Both the position numbers and the translations under genes were made by a program. This document shows positions 6,820-14,142 of a stretch of DNA of 14,142 nucleotides, one piece after another; within the stretch, counting starts at the first letter, position 1; each line of letters starts with the position of its first letter. The notes beneath the pieces were generated by a model, which was not told the origin of the DNA, ran no database searches, and saw nothing but the letters and a program-made list of their open reading frames with translations. The stretch covers positions 1 to 14,142 of the forward strand of contig JAYUVP010000354.1 of assembly GCA_043753995.1 (NCBI GenBank). The letters are read 5' to 3'. This DNA comes from Fibrobacterota bacterium. Its GTDB lineage: Bacteria > Fibrobacterota > Fibrobacteria > UBA11236.

Positions 6820-9800
6820 TTACCGCGACCCAGTCGGCAAAGGCCTATCCTCGCGAGGCCTTTGGCCACGATAGCCTTGACCATCGCCACCTTCGCCAGG
6901 GTCACCGTGATGGCCGCCAAAGTCGCCGATATGAGCGCCGCCCGCTGCCGTTTCACAAGCGGTGTTGAAGCGCTTCCACACATAATCGCTTTGCGCGCGG
7001 GGAACGGGACCTATGCTTTTCCATTGGCGGCGAAGTTGAATGATGGCCGGGACTTGTTGTTCACCTGGTTGGGTCGCCAATTGATCGGCGCTTTCAATCA
7101 AGGCCAGCTTGCTTTCGAGATTGGCTTGCGGATCTTCTTCGCGCAGTCCGAGGGCGCGACGTCTTTCTTCGAAGAAGCGATCGCAAGCTTGATGAAAGCG
7201 GTCCCATAGGATTTCGCTTTTCTCCTTGGGAACGGGGCCGATATTTTTCCATTCCTTTTGCAGGTTCTTGACTTCCTCGGTCAAGCTGCGCCAGTCACGT
7301 TGGCCATTGGATGAGGCTTCGTTGCGGGCCGAGCTTCCCATGCCGCCCATCCCATTGGCTCCACCTTCCGCCATCTTTTCGAGCTGCCAAGCGGCGCGCG
7401 CCTTCTGCTCGTCTTCGGTCGCAGGCTGGCCGATAAGGCCTTCGACGATAAAGCACAAGTCTTCTTTCTTGCGCATATTGCCTTCGCGCTCCGAGTCGCG
7501 GCGTTGGGCATTTTGCTTGAGGCGATCGAAAAAGCCGTCGCAAGCGGTGCGAAAGCGATTCCACAATTCCTTGTCTTTTTCGCGTGGGGCCGGACCGACC
7601 GTGCGCCATCGGGCCTGCAAGGCCTTAATAAGCTCCACGGTGTTTTTCCAGTCTATGCTCCCGGCTACCGATTCGGCTTCGACGCAAATCTCTTCCTTGA
7701 TGCGGGCATTCTCATCGCGCTTCTTATACTCGTCTTCGAGGCGCGCCTTGCGGCCTTGAAAATAGGTGTCGATGGGCTTACGAAAGCGCTCCCACAGGGC
7801 TTCTTCAAGTTCACGCGGGGCGGGTCCGACTTCTTTCCAGGCGGCTTGGGCCTCAACAATGCGCTGATAACGCTCTTGATCGGTAGGCAATTCCTCGATG
7901 GTTTCCACCAAGGCACAAAGCTCTTGCTTGCGGGCCAAATTGATGGGACGTTCGGTTTCGAGTTTTTCCAAGTTGGCGCGGCGCGCCGAGAAAAACTTTT
8001 CGCAAGCGGCATGGAATCGCTGCCACAGGGTTTCGATTTCGCTTTTCGGTACGGGGCCGATTTGCTTCCACTTCTCCTGCGCTTCTTTGATGGCGGCCGA
8101 GGTGGTTTTCCACTCGGTGGAATCTTGCAGGGATTCGGCGAGAGCAACGAGTTCATTTTTCTTTTTCGAATTCTCGCCCATCCAGCCGTCTTTGCGATCG
8201 TAAAAGCCTGATGTGGCGGTGCGGAAGCGTTGCCAAAGGGCTTCGGCCTTGTCCTTGGGTACGGCGCCAATGGTTTTCCAATTGGCTTGCGCTTCTTTTA
8301 CCAGGTCGGTGCTTTCGCGCCAATCCAATTCTTCACCCTGAAGCATGGCTTCGAGCTTGGCGCAAATCTCCTCTTTGGCCTTGTAATGGCTTTCGCGCTC
8401 CTCGTCGAGTTCCGCGAAATATTCCTTGAGCTTTTCGTAAAGCTTATCGCAGATTCCGTGATAACGATCCCACAAGGCTTCCGAGGCATCCCAAGGCACA
8501 GGACCGGTGGCCTTCCACAAGTCTTGCATTTCCTTGAATTGTCCGAACATGGACTTGCGATCTTCCCCTTCGACCAAGGCTTCGAGGCGGGTGCAAATGT
8601 CCTGCTTGGAGCGCAAATTGGACCAGCGCAACCAGTCCTGGGCTTCGCGAAAGCGATCGCTGGCCGAGCGCCATTGATTGACGAGGCTCTCGGCTTCCGG
8701 GCCTTGAGGCAAGGGCTGTAAACCGCGCCAAGTGATATTGAGCTCGCGGAAACGCTTTTCGGCTAGGGAAAAATCACTGCTTTCAATCAGGGTTTCCAAT
8801 TCGGGAAGCAAGGTGCGCATGCGCTCCAAATTGCTAGCGCGGCGTACGTCGAGCAGGCTTTCGAGACCGTTCACGGCAGAGTCGAAGCGTTCGGCCAAGG
8901 CCTCGCGACCTTCAAAAGCAACCGGGCCTGGAAAGTACTTTTGCCAATCGCGACGCAAATCACGCGCCTTTTCGGTGGCATGAAGCAAGCTATTGTCGGC
9001 CGTTTTTGCGGGAGGGTTTTGCGCGTCTTTCTGAGCCTCAGCCAGTAAGGCCTCAGCGGCATCGGTCATCGCATTAAGGCGACCACGCGATTCGATTTCG
9101 TGTTGACGGCGTCGCTCGCCTTCTTCGCGCTCTCGCAATTTGCCCAGTCTTTCGCGCTCATGGCGATCGAAGGTTTGGCGAAAGCGGCGATTCATTTCGT
9201 CTTCCGCCTCACCAGCATGGCCGGCTTGCTCGAAACGCTGGCGCAGGTCGGCGCTGTCGGATCCGTTTTCACTGGCCGAAGCAGCCAAGCTTTCTACCTC
9301 GACACACAAGACCTCTTTGCGGGCGCGGGCTTCCAGAGCTTGCGCAAGGCGCGCTTGTTTCTTGTCTTCCTCGCGGCGATGCGCATCATAGCGCGTGTGA
9401 AAAACGGCGAGTTGATCGCGAAAGCGACCGATTTGATCGGCCGGAGGAGCAAAGCCATGGTCCAGCAATTGGCGCAAACCCTGTTCGGCGTCAATGACCT
9501 GGGTGTGCACTGCGTCCCAGGCGAAATGCGCGGAAGGTTCACTGGAGGCCAAGGCGGCCTTGTCGGCCACGCTTAAAAGCAAAGCCAGCTTTTGTCGGTT
9601 GATGGTAGCTTCATCCGGTTGGCGGGCCTTTTCCAGGGATTTGAGCTTTTCCTTGGCGAGGCGGCGCACTTCCTTGCTCTTGGCTTGTTTGGCCAAAGCC
9701 TCAAAATGATTTTCGCGGGTGATGCGATGAAAGGCTTCCAGGGACAAGGCGGCATCGCCTTCGTTCTGAGCGACCTTGAGTAAGGCGCTAGGGTGCACCA

Positions 9801-10203
9801 ATTTCTGCAAGGCCAGGCGGCGCACGCCGACGGAAACGGCTTCGGTGGCGAGGTCTTCCACGAGGTGATGGTCTTCGCCTAATTCTTCCAATGCGGCCTT
9901 GGCCTGAGCCAAACCTTCGGCGTCATCCTTGGCGGTTAATGCTTTTTTGGACAGGCTTTCAAGCAAGGTGCGTTGGGCGACATCGCGCAAATTGCGGTCT
10001 TGGGTGCGATCGCGCAATCTCTTGAGAGCATTAAAGTCGGAAAGGCGGCGGGCAGCGGCGAGACGGTTGGCAGCATCGCCATCCTCTAAGGCGATTTCGA
10101 GAAAGACATTTTGCTGATCATCATGTAAGTGTCGAATGGCGGCGGCGCGTTGCGAAGGATCGCTGTGTTTCCATTGCGGTTTGAAGAAGTCGAATAAACC
10201 CAT
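6820..10203 (-). CDS. DUF349 repeat-containing helical protein
   Basis: 1127 aa, no signal peptide or TM segment. N-terminal F(F)KPQWKHSDPSQRAAAI and HEAT-like units (D..NRLAAARRL, VRRLALQKL, KEVRRLAKEKL). Seven clear repeats of Q-x-x-WK-x-(I/V)GP(V/A)P-x(3-4)-E-x-LW-x-RF-x-x-AC-x-x-FF plus degenerate copies. SD-like GAGG (10211-10214) 7 nt before ATG. Confidence 0.9.
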   Translation of the reverse strand: MGLFDFFKPQWKHSDPSQRAAAIRHLHDDQQNVFLEIALEDGDAANRLAAARRLSDFNALKRLRDRTQDRNLRDVAQRTLLESLSKKALTAKDDAEGLAQAKAALEELGEDHHLVEDLATEAVSVGVRRLALQKLVHPSALLKVAQNEGDAALSLEAFHRITRENHFEALAKQAKSKEVRRLAKEKLKSLEKARQPDEATINRQKLALLLSVADKAALASSEPSAHFAWDAVHTQVIDAEQGLRQLLDHGFAPPADQIGRFRDQLAVFHTRYDAHRREEDKKQARLAQALEARARKEVLCVEVESLAASASENGSDSADLRQRFEQAGHAGEAEDEMNRRFRQTFDRHERERLGKLREREEGERRRQHEIESRGRLNAMTDAAEALLAEAQKDAQNPPAKTADNSLLHATEKARDLRRDWQKYFPGPVAFEGREALAERFDSAVNGLESLLDVRRASNLERMRTLLPELETLIESSDFSLAEKRFRELNITWRGLQPLPQGPEAESLVNQWRSASDRFREAQDWLRWSNLRSKQDICTRLEALVEGEDRKSMFGQFKEMQDLWKATGPVPWDASEALWDRYHGICDKLYEKLKEYFAELDEERESHYKAKEEICAKLEAMLQGEELDWRESTDLVKEAQANWKTIGAVPKDKAEALWQRFRTATSGFYDRKDGWMGENSKKKNELVALAESLQDSTEWKTTSAAIKEAQEKWKQIGPVPKSEIETLWQRFHAACEKFFSARRANLEKLETERPINLARKQELCALVETIEELPTDQERYQRIVEAQAAWKEVGPAPRELEEALWERFRKPIDTYFQGRKARLEDEYKKRDENARIKEEICVEAESVAGSIDWKNTVELIKALQARWRTVGPAPREKDKELWNRFRTACDGFFDRLKQNAQRRDSEREGNMRKKEDLCFIVEGLIGQPATEDEQKARAAWQLEKMAEGGANGMGGMGSSARNEASSNGQRDWRSLTEEVKNLQKEWKNIGPVPKEKSEILWDRFHQACDRFFEERRRALGLREEDPQANLESKLALIESADQLATQPGEQQVPAIIQLRRQWKSIGPVPRAQSDYVWKRFNTACETAAGGAHIGDFGGHHGDPGEGGDGQGYRGQRPREDRPLPTGSR
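6950..8530 (-). repeat. Protein-level tandem repeat array (DUF349 units, ~70-79 aa period)
   Basis: Trp codons of the WK-x-x-GP motif begin at 8517, 8280, 8070, 7839, 7608, 7251 and 7023, giving spacings of 79, 70, 77, 77, 119 and 76 codons. DNA copies are diverged. Confidence 0.85.
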
Positions 10204-10264
10204 GCGTTGGCCTCGGGGAAATTTGGTCGTGTGTGTAAAAGTGGTCGTGAAAGCATCATTCTCA

Positions 10265-10284
10265 GCCCGGTTGCAAAACCGGGC
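10265..10284. other. Perfect 8-bp inverted repeat in the predicted 5' leader of the DUF349 gene
   Basis: GCCCGGTT-GCAA-AACCGGGC on the plus strand; not followed by a U tract on either strand. Confidence 0.6.
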
Positions 10285-10301
10285 GGATCAGGAAGTTCCG
10301 G

Positions 10302-10330
10302 AAGGTAGAAAAGGGAGTCAGCGAGCCCAA
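10302..10330 (-). promoter_or_regulatory. Candidate sigma70-type promoter for the DUF349 gene
   Basis: Minus strand TTGGGC (10330-10325), 17-nt spacer, TACCTT (10307-10302). Confidence 0.4.
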
Positions 10331-10388
10331 ACTCTATCGCTGTAATCCACGGAAAGAAAAGCAGTTAGGCCAAGACGACCCTTCGAGA

Positions 10389-12743
10389 TTAAGCCTCGGC
10401 GAGCTGGGTGAGATCGTGAGCCAGAGATTCGAGTCGTACGGCTGCCTCACGGGTACGAGAGGCGGCTTGGGAGGTCCCGCTGGCTGCTATCGCCACTTCC
10501 TCAAAGGCGAGGACGAGGCGTCCGCTGCCTTCTGCCGCCTGAACGACCGAGCCCTGTACTTCTTGGGTAGAGGATTGCTGTTGAATGGCCGCTGAGGCCA
10601 CATGGTGCTGTATTTGTTCGACTTCAGCCACCAAGCCATCAATGGCACCAATTCCCTTAAAGACTTCTTGAATATTGCCTTGGACGCTCTCAATGGTGTT
10701 TTGAATATTGCCTGCGGAATCGGCCGTGCGTTTGGCCAGAGCCCGGACTTGTTGGGCGAGAACCGCAAACCCCCGACCCGCATCACCCGATCGTGCAGCC
10801 TCGATAGAGGCATTGAGGGAGAGAATATGAATTTGCTCTGCAATATTGGTGATCAGGGTTAAAATGCCACCCACCTTTGCGCTTGAGGCCTGTAAGGCGC
10901 CGACTTGTTGGCGGGCGCTCTGGCAGGAAAGCACAGCCGCTTTGACCTTGGTGGAGGCCGTATTGATTTCATCGGCGATTTGCCGTGACGTGGTGGCCAA
11001 GGCTTCAATTCGCTTGGAGGATGCCATATTCACATTGGATACATCCTTGGCGCCCACCGTGGATTCGCGGGCCCGGGCAAGAGTGGCCGAGGCATTCTCA
11101 TCCATGGAATTCGATAAGGCCTTCAGGGATCCGATTTCGCCTTCCAGTGCGACGGTGCGTTCTGCAAGGCTATGCACCATACGCTTTTGGGATTGCAGAA
11201 TTTCTTGGCCTTCGGCTTCAGACTTCAAAACTCCTTGGACAATGATTAAGCCGCGACGACGACCATACCAGGCGAGGAAAACACAAAGAACCAAGAGAAG
11301 CGGTGCGGTTCCCTTGGTCATATAATGGACTTGACTGGTGGCCGACTCCTGCACCTCGCTTGCCGCGGCCAAAAATTGGGAAGCCTCGGCCTGGGCCGTT
11401 CTTTGCGATTCCGTGACGGACTTAAGTAAAGCGTCGTAGCTGATTCGGCTGAATTCGATTTCGCCTAGGATGGCGACGGCACCGCTGGTTGATAGGAATT
11501 GCTCGCGCAAGGAGCCTGCCTCATGAATGGCGTTTTTCGTAGCGCGCCTAGCGGCGCGAACCGATGAGGACGAATCGCGCAAACTATCTATGCCCCTGGC
11601 CTGAGCATGCAGAGACCGGGAAATAGTATTCAGGGAATTCGCCAATTCCTCCCGCCTTTTCGGGGTATTGGAGCCAGAGCCCTGATTCACAAGGCGTTCC
11701 GCTTGTGCTAATAGTGACTGCACGGTGAGTAAAACCTGGTTCGCGGCATCCTGAATGATTTTGACCTGCTTCATTTGCTCTACGGCATGGTTCATTCGCT
11801 TCGCTTCTTGGCTGACCGCCAATTGCAAAGGATCAATTCTCCCGTTTAACGCGGTCATGGCGGCTTCTAAGGCTTTATCCAATTCTTTCACGGCCGCTAA
11901 ATAGGCTGCGTCCTCGGCGGCAAGCCCTTTGCCTTTCAATTGGGCAGTACGTAAGGCGAATAATCCTGATTCACCTAGCATGTATTTGCCCACGGTGGTT
12001 TTGAGCGCACTCATCGCGTCGTCTAACTTTAATGCTTTCAAATCCAAGGCCTCAATATTATCGATCAAGGCTCCGGTTTTTTCCTTCATGGGGCTTAGCT
12101 TAAAGCGCTTTTCCACGACGGCAATACTCGACTGAATGGATTCCAAACGTGCTAGCTTTTCGCGCAAGGTCAAGGCCTGCTGAATGGCCCGATTCGCCTG
12201 CTGATTGGCCTCGCGTGCGGAAATCAGGGAAGATTGAGCTTGCTCTCCCAATTGATCGGTAAGGCTGGCGGCTTGCTCCACACCGCCCCGTACTAAATCC
12301 AAACCACGATGGACATCGCCGATAGTGCGATGCGCTTTTTCCAAATCATTCAATCGTTTTGCAGCCATGCGCCTAAGGCTATCAAAGGAGGTAAGCGCTG
12401 ATAACAGGGGCTGTCGCAAGCCCTCGGATAATTTATCCCCTTCAATTTCACTGCGAAGAGATTTCGCAAGATCTTCCGCCTCCCCCTGCACATCGTTTAA
12501 GTCCGTGGCATTACGGACTTCCCGCAAGCGCAGCGAAATGGAAAGCATGGCATCCAAATTCGACTTCAACTCGGTCATGCGCAATTGTTCAGGCGCCGCA
12601 TGCTGGGTGAGCGCGTCTATTTTGAATTTCAGCATAGCCATGACTGAAATGGAGACCAAGGCGGTGAGGCCTAGACCTAACCCGGCGAGCAGGAGCAGGC
12701 GACGAAGCTGCGCCCGGGTATCATGACTGGGTTCTGAAGGCAT
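10389..12743 (-). CDS. Methyl-accepting chemotaxis protein with large helical periplasmic domain
   Basis: TM1 LLLLAGLGLGLTALVSISVMAML, ~440-aa alpha-helical region, TM2 APLLLVLCVFLAWYG followed by RRR, and MCP hairpin-tip motif IAEQIHILSLNASIEAARSGDAGRGFAVLAQQVRALAKRT. Confidence 0.93.
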   Translation of the reverse strand: MPSEPSHDTRAQLRRLLLLAGLGLGLTALVSISVMAMLKFKIDALTQHAAPEQLRMTELKSNLDAMLSISLRLREVRNATDLNDVQGEAEDLAKSLRSEIEGDKLSEGLRQPLLSALTSFDSLRRMAAKRLNDLEKAHRTIGDVHRGLDLVRGGVEQAASLTDQLGEQAQSSLISAREANQQANRAIQQALTLREKLARLESIQSSIAVVEKRFKLSPMKEKTGALIDNIEALDLKALKLDDAMSALKTTVGKYMLGESGLFALRTAQLKGKGLAAEDAAYLAAVKELDKALEAAMTALNGRIDPLQLAVSQEAKRMNHAVEQMKQVKIIQDAANQVLLTVQSLLAQAERLVNQGSGSNTPKRREELANSLNTISRSLHAQARGIDSLRDSSSSVRAARRATKNAIHEAGSLREQFLSTSGAVAILGEIEFSRISYDALLKSVTESQRTAQAEASQFLAAASEVQESATSQVHYMTKGTAPLLLVLCVFLAWYGRRRGLIIVQGVLKSEAEGQEILQSQKRMVHSLAERTVALEGEIGSLKALSNSMDENASATLARARESTVGAKDVSNVNMASSKRIEALATTSRQIADEINTASTKVKAAVLSCQSARQQVGALQASSAKVGGILTLITNIAEQIHILSLNASIEAARSGDAGRGFAVLAQQVRALAKRTADSAGNIQNTIESVQGNIQEVFKGIGAIDGLVAEVEQIQHHVASAAIQQQSSTQEVQGSVVQAAEGSGRLVLAFEEVAIAASGTSQAASRTREAAVRLESLAHDLTQLAEA

Positions 12744-12761
12744 GCCGAAAGGAGTCTAAAA

Positions 12762-13931
12762 TTATTTAGATGTGATTTTTAATAAAGATGTGATTGGTTT
12801 GGCTTGACCGGCATTCACTTCGGTCAAAAACACCTTATTGCTACCCTGATGGCTGGTTTTTGAAAAGTTCAGGGTGAGGCCTCCCATATCCACGGCGGTC
12901 ATCGCCTCGAATGCGTCAATCAGACCTTCACGTGTTGGATTTGTACCCACCTTTTCCAATCCAAGCGCTAGCAACTTGGCGGTGGTATAGCCTTCCAAGC
13001 TCACATACCCGAAAGATTCATTGGGAAAGGCGGCCTTTAAGGCGAGTTGATAGTCCTTAACCAAGGGCACAGAGGCGTCTTGCGGCGATGGAACCACTTG
13101 AGAGATCAAAACACCTTCGCCCTCTGCCCCCGATTCGCGAATGAAATTTTCCGTGCCGACGAAGGAGATGGTGCTGAAGCGAGCAATTAATCCCGCAGCC
13201 TTGGCTTCCTTTAAGAAAACGGCCAAAGGCTTATATGGCCCTACCATGACCACAGCGTCGGGTTTGCCTTCCATCAAGGCGGCGATACCCGCCTTCACCT
13301 CGATCGTATTCCTTTCGAATACGCCCTTAGAGGCCAAGGTCAGATTTCTCTTTTTCAGCGCCTTTTCCACGCCGGACAATCCCGCCTGTCCAAAAGCGTC
13401 ATTTTGATAAAACACTGATATTTTCGACGCGCCAATATCCTTGGTCATGCGCTCCACCAGCACCTCGGTTTCATCGTCATAGCTAGCGCGAAAATTGATG
13501 ATGTAACGCTTTACGGGATCACGAAAGGCCATGGCGCCTGTAAAAAGCCCGACCAGGGGAACTTTGGATTCCTGCACGATTTCCATCGCAGCCTTCCCCG
13601 TGGGGGTACCTACAAATCCAGAAAGGCAAAATACCTGCTCTTCTTCGATGAGCTTGGCCGTGCCTTCTCCGGTTTTTTCCGGTTCATAGCCATCATCAAT
13701 CGCTTTCAAATCCAGGGTGCGCCCATGAATGCCGCCCGCAGCATTTTTCTGCTTAAAAAATGCTGTCATGCCATTATTCATTCCCACCCCTAAGCCTTGC
13801 GCCGGCCCCTGCAGGGCCGCGCATTGTCCGATTTTCACCGACTTTTCAGTGACTCCGGTTTCGGCGTATGAAAGGGAGTGGAATACAATAAGCAGGGTAC
13901 TAGATACGAACCAAAGTGACGTTCGTGACAT
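12762..13931 (-). CDS. Periplasmic substrate-binding protein, type 1 PBP fold (LivJ/LivK branched-chain amino acid-binding-like family)
   Basis: Signal peptide ending SYA; motifs GVTEKSVKIGQCAALQGPA, NAAGGIHGR, DDGYEP, GFVGTPT, RASYDDE, YQNDAFG, SQVVP, SLEGY. SD AGGAG (13938-13942) 6 nt before ATG. Confidence 0.93.
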   Translation of the reverse strand: MSRTSLWFVSSTLLIVFHSLSYAETGVTEKSVKIGQCAALQGPAQGLGVGMNNGMTAFFKQKNAAGGIHGRTLDLKAIDDGYEPEKTGEGTAKLIEEEQVFCLSGFVGTPTGKAAMEIVQESKVPLVGLFTGAMAFRDPVKRYIINFRASYDDETEVLVERMTKDIGASKISVFYQNDAFGQAGLSGVEKALKKRNLTLASKGVFERNTIEVKAGIAALMEGKPDAVVMVGPYKPLAVFLKEAKAAGLIARFSTISFVGTENFIRESGAEGEGVLISQVVPSPQDASVPLVKDYQLALKAAFPNESFGYVSLEGYTTAKLLALGLEKVGTNPTREGLIDAFEAMTAVDMGGLTLNFSKTSHQGSNKVFLTEVNAGQAKPITSLLKITSK

Positions 13932-13960
13932 GGAGAACTCCTAGAGGATATGGAGTTTCC

Positions 13961-13990
13961 ATTGTAGGGCATGACTAAGTAAAAAAGCAA
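13961..13990 (-). promoter_or_regulatory. Sigma70-type promoter for the binding protein-MCP operon
   Basis: Minus strand TTGCTT (13990-13985), 18-nt spacer, TACAAT (13966-13961), about 30 nt upstream of the ATG. Confidence 0.6.
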
Positions 13991-14032
13991 TTATTAACCA
14001 GCGGGTGGACTGATTTCGGCTTCCTTTAACTT

Positions 14033-14142
14033 TTACTTCAAGTCACAATGCGCGCCGCAATTGTCGTCCTGGCAATGCCCGACTTGCAAGGTGACGTGAT
14101 CAAAATGATGTCTTTGCGTCAAGAGCTGGGTCAGGGTTTTGG
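14033..14142 (-). CDS. C-terminal end of a probable cation diffusion facilitator (CzcD/ZitB-like) metal transporter (partial)
   Basis: Not in the ORF track. Frame from 14140 reads KTLTQLLTQRHHFDHVTLQVGHCQDDNCGAHCDLK-stop (TAA 14035-14033). H-V-T-L-Q-V followed by a Cys/His-rich tail resembles the H-x-T-(I/L)-Q-x-E end of CDF cytoplasmic domains. Only 35 residues are visible. Confidence 0.6.
   Translation of the reverse strand, partial: KTLTQLLTQRHHFDHVTLQVGHCQDDNCGAHCDLK

Noticed and set aside
6950..8530. Regular periodicity as a possible CRISPR array or DNA tandem repeat
   Set aside because: Periodicity is at the protein level with diverged codons; there are no identical DNA repeats with spacers.
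6862..9783. Series of long plus-strand ORFs (e.g. 7504..8211, 8230..8721, 9100..9576)
   Set aside because: Antisense shadows of the GC-rich DUF349 gene with no recognisable motifs or start signals.
10287..10310. TCAGGAAGTTCCGGAAGGTAG, similar to the SRP RNA core TCAGGTCCGGAAGGAAGCAGC
   Set aside because: Insertion after TCAGG, no AGCAGC and no long enclosing helix; it overlaps the candidate minus-strand promoter.
12744..12761. SD-like AAAGGAG on the plus strand between the MCP and binding-protein genes
   Set aside because: No plus-strand start codon at suitable spacing or credible ORF follows.
14112..14120. GACGCAAAG on the minus strand, resembling the c-di-GMP-I riboswitch core upstream of a chemotaxis operon
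   Set aside because: The GGCAAAC element and GNRA-capped P2 stem are missing, and the motif lies inside the CDF-like reading frame.

Overview
Bacterial chromosomal window in which every credible gene is on the minus strand. In transcription order (right to left): the C-terminal end of a probable cation diffusion facilitator (CzcD/ZitB-like; cut by the right edge and absent from the ORF track); an orphan type-1 periplasmic (LivJ/LivK-like) binding protein followed 18 nt later by a methyl-accepting chemotaxis protein with a very large (~440 aa) periplasmic domain; a 1127-aa DUF349-repeat protein with its own candidate promoter and an intrinsic terminator; then a tightly packed three-gene unit of a thioester-containing bacterial alpha-2-macroglobulin (CIEQ), an AT-rich predicted lipoprotein fusing MORN/YwqK-like repeats to an intact gluzincin (HEXXH-X18-E) metallopeptidase, and a predicted lipoprotein cut by the left edge (also absent from the track). 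The best candidate for an undescribed system is the protease trap (A2M) encoded directly upstream of an exported metalloprotease rather than its usual pbpC or yfa partners; second is the binding protein-chemoreceptor pair. No rRNA, tRNA, CRISPR array or mobile element was seen. All calls come from motif recognition by eye; no database search was run.
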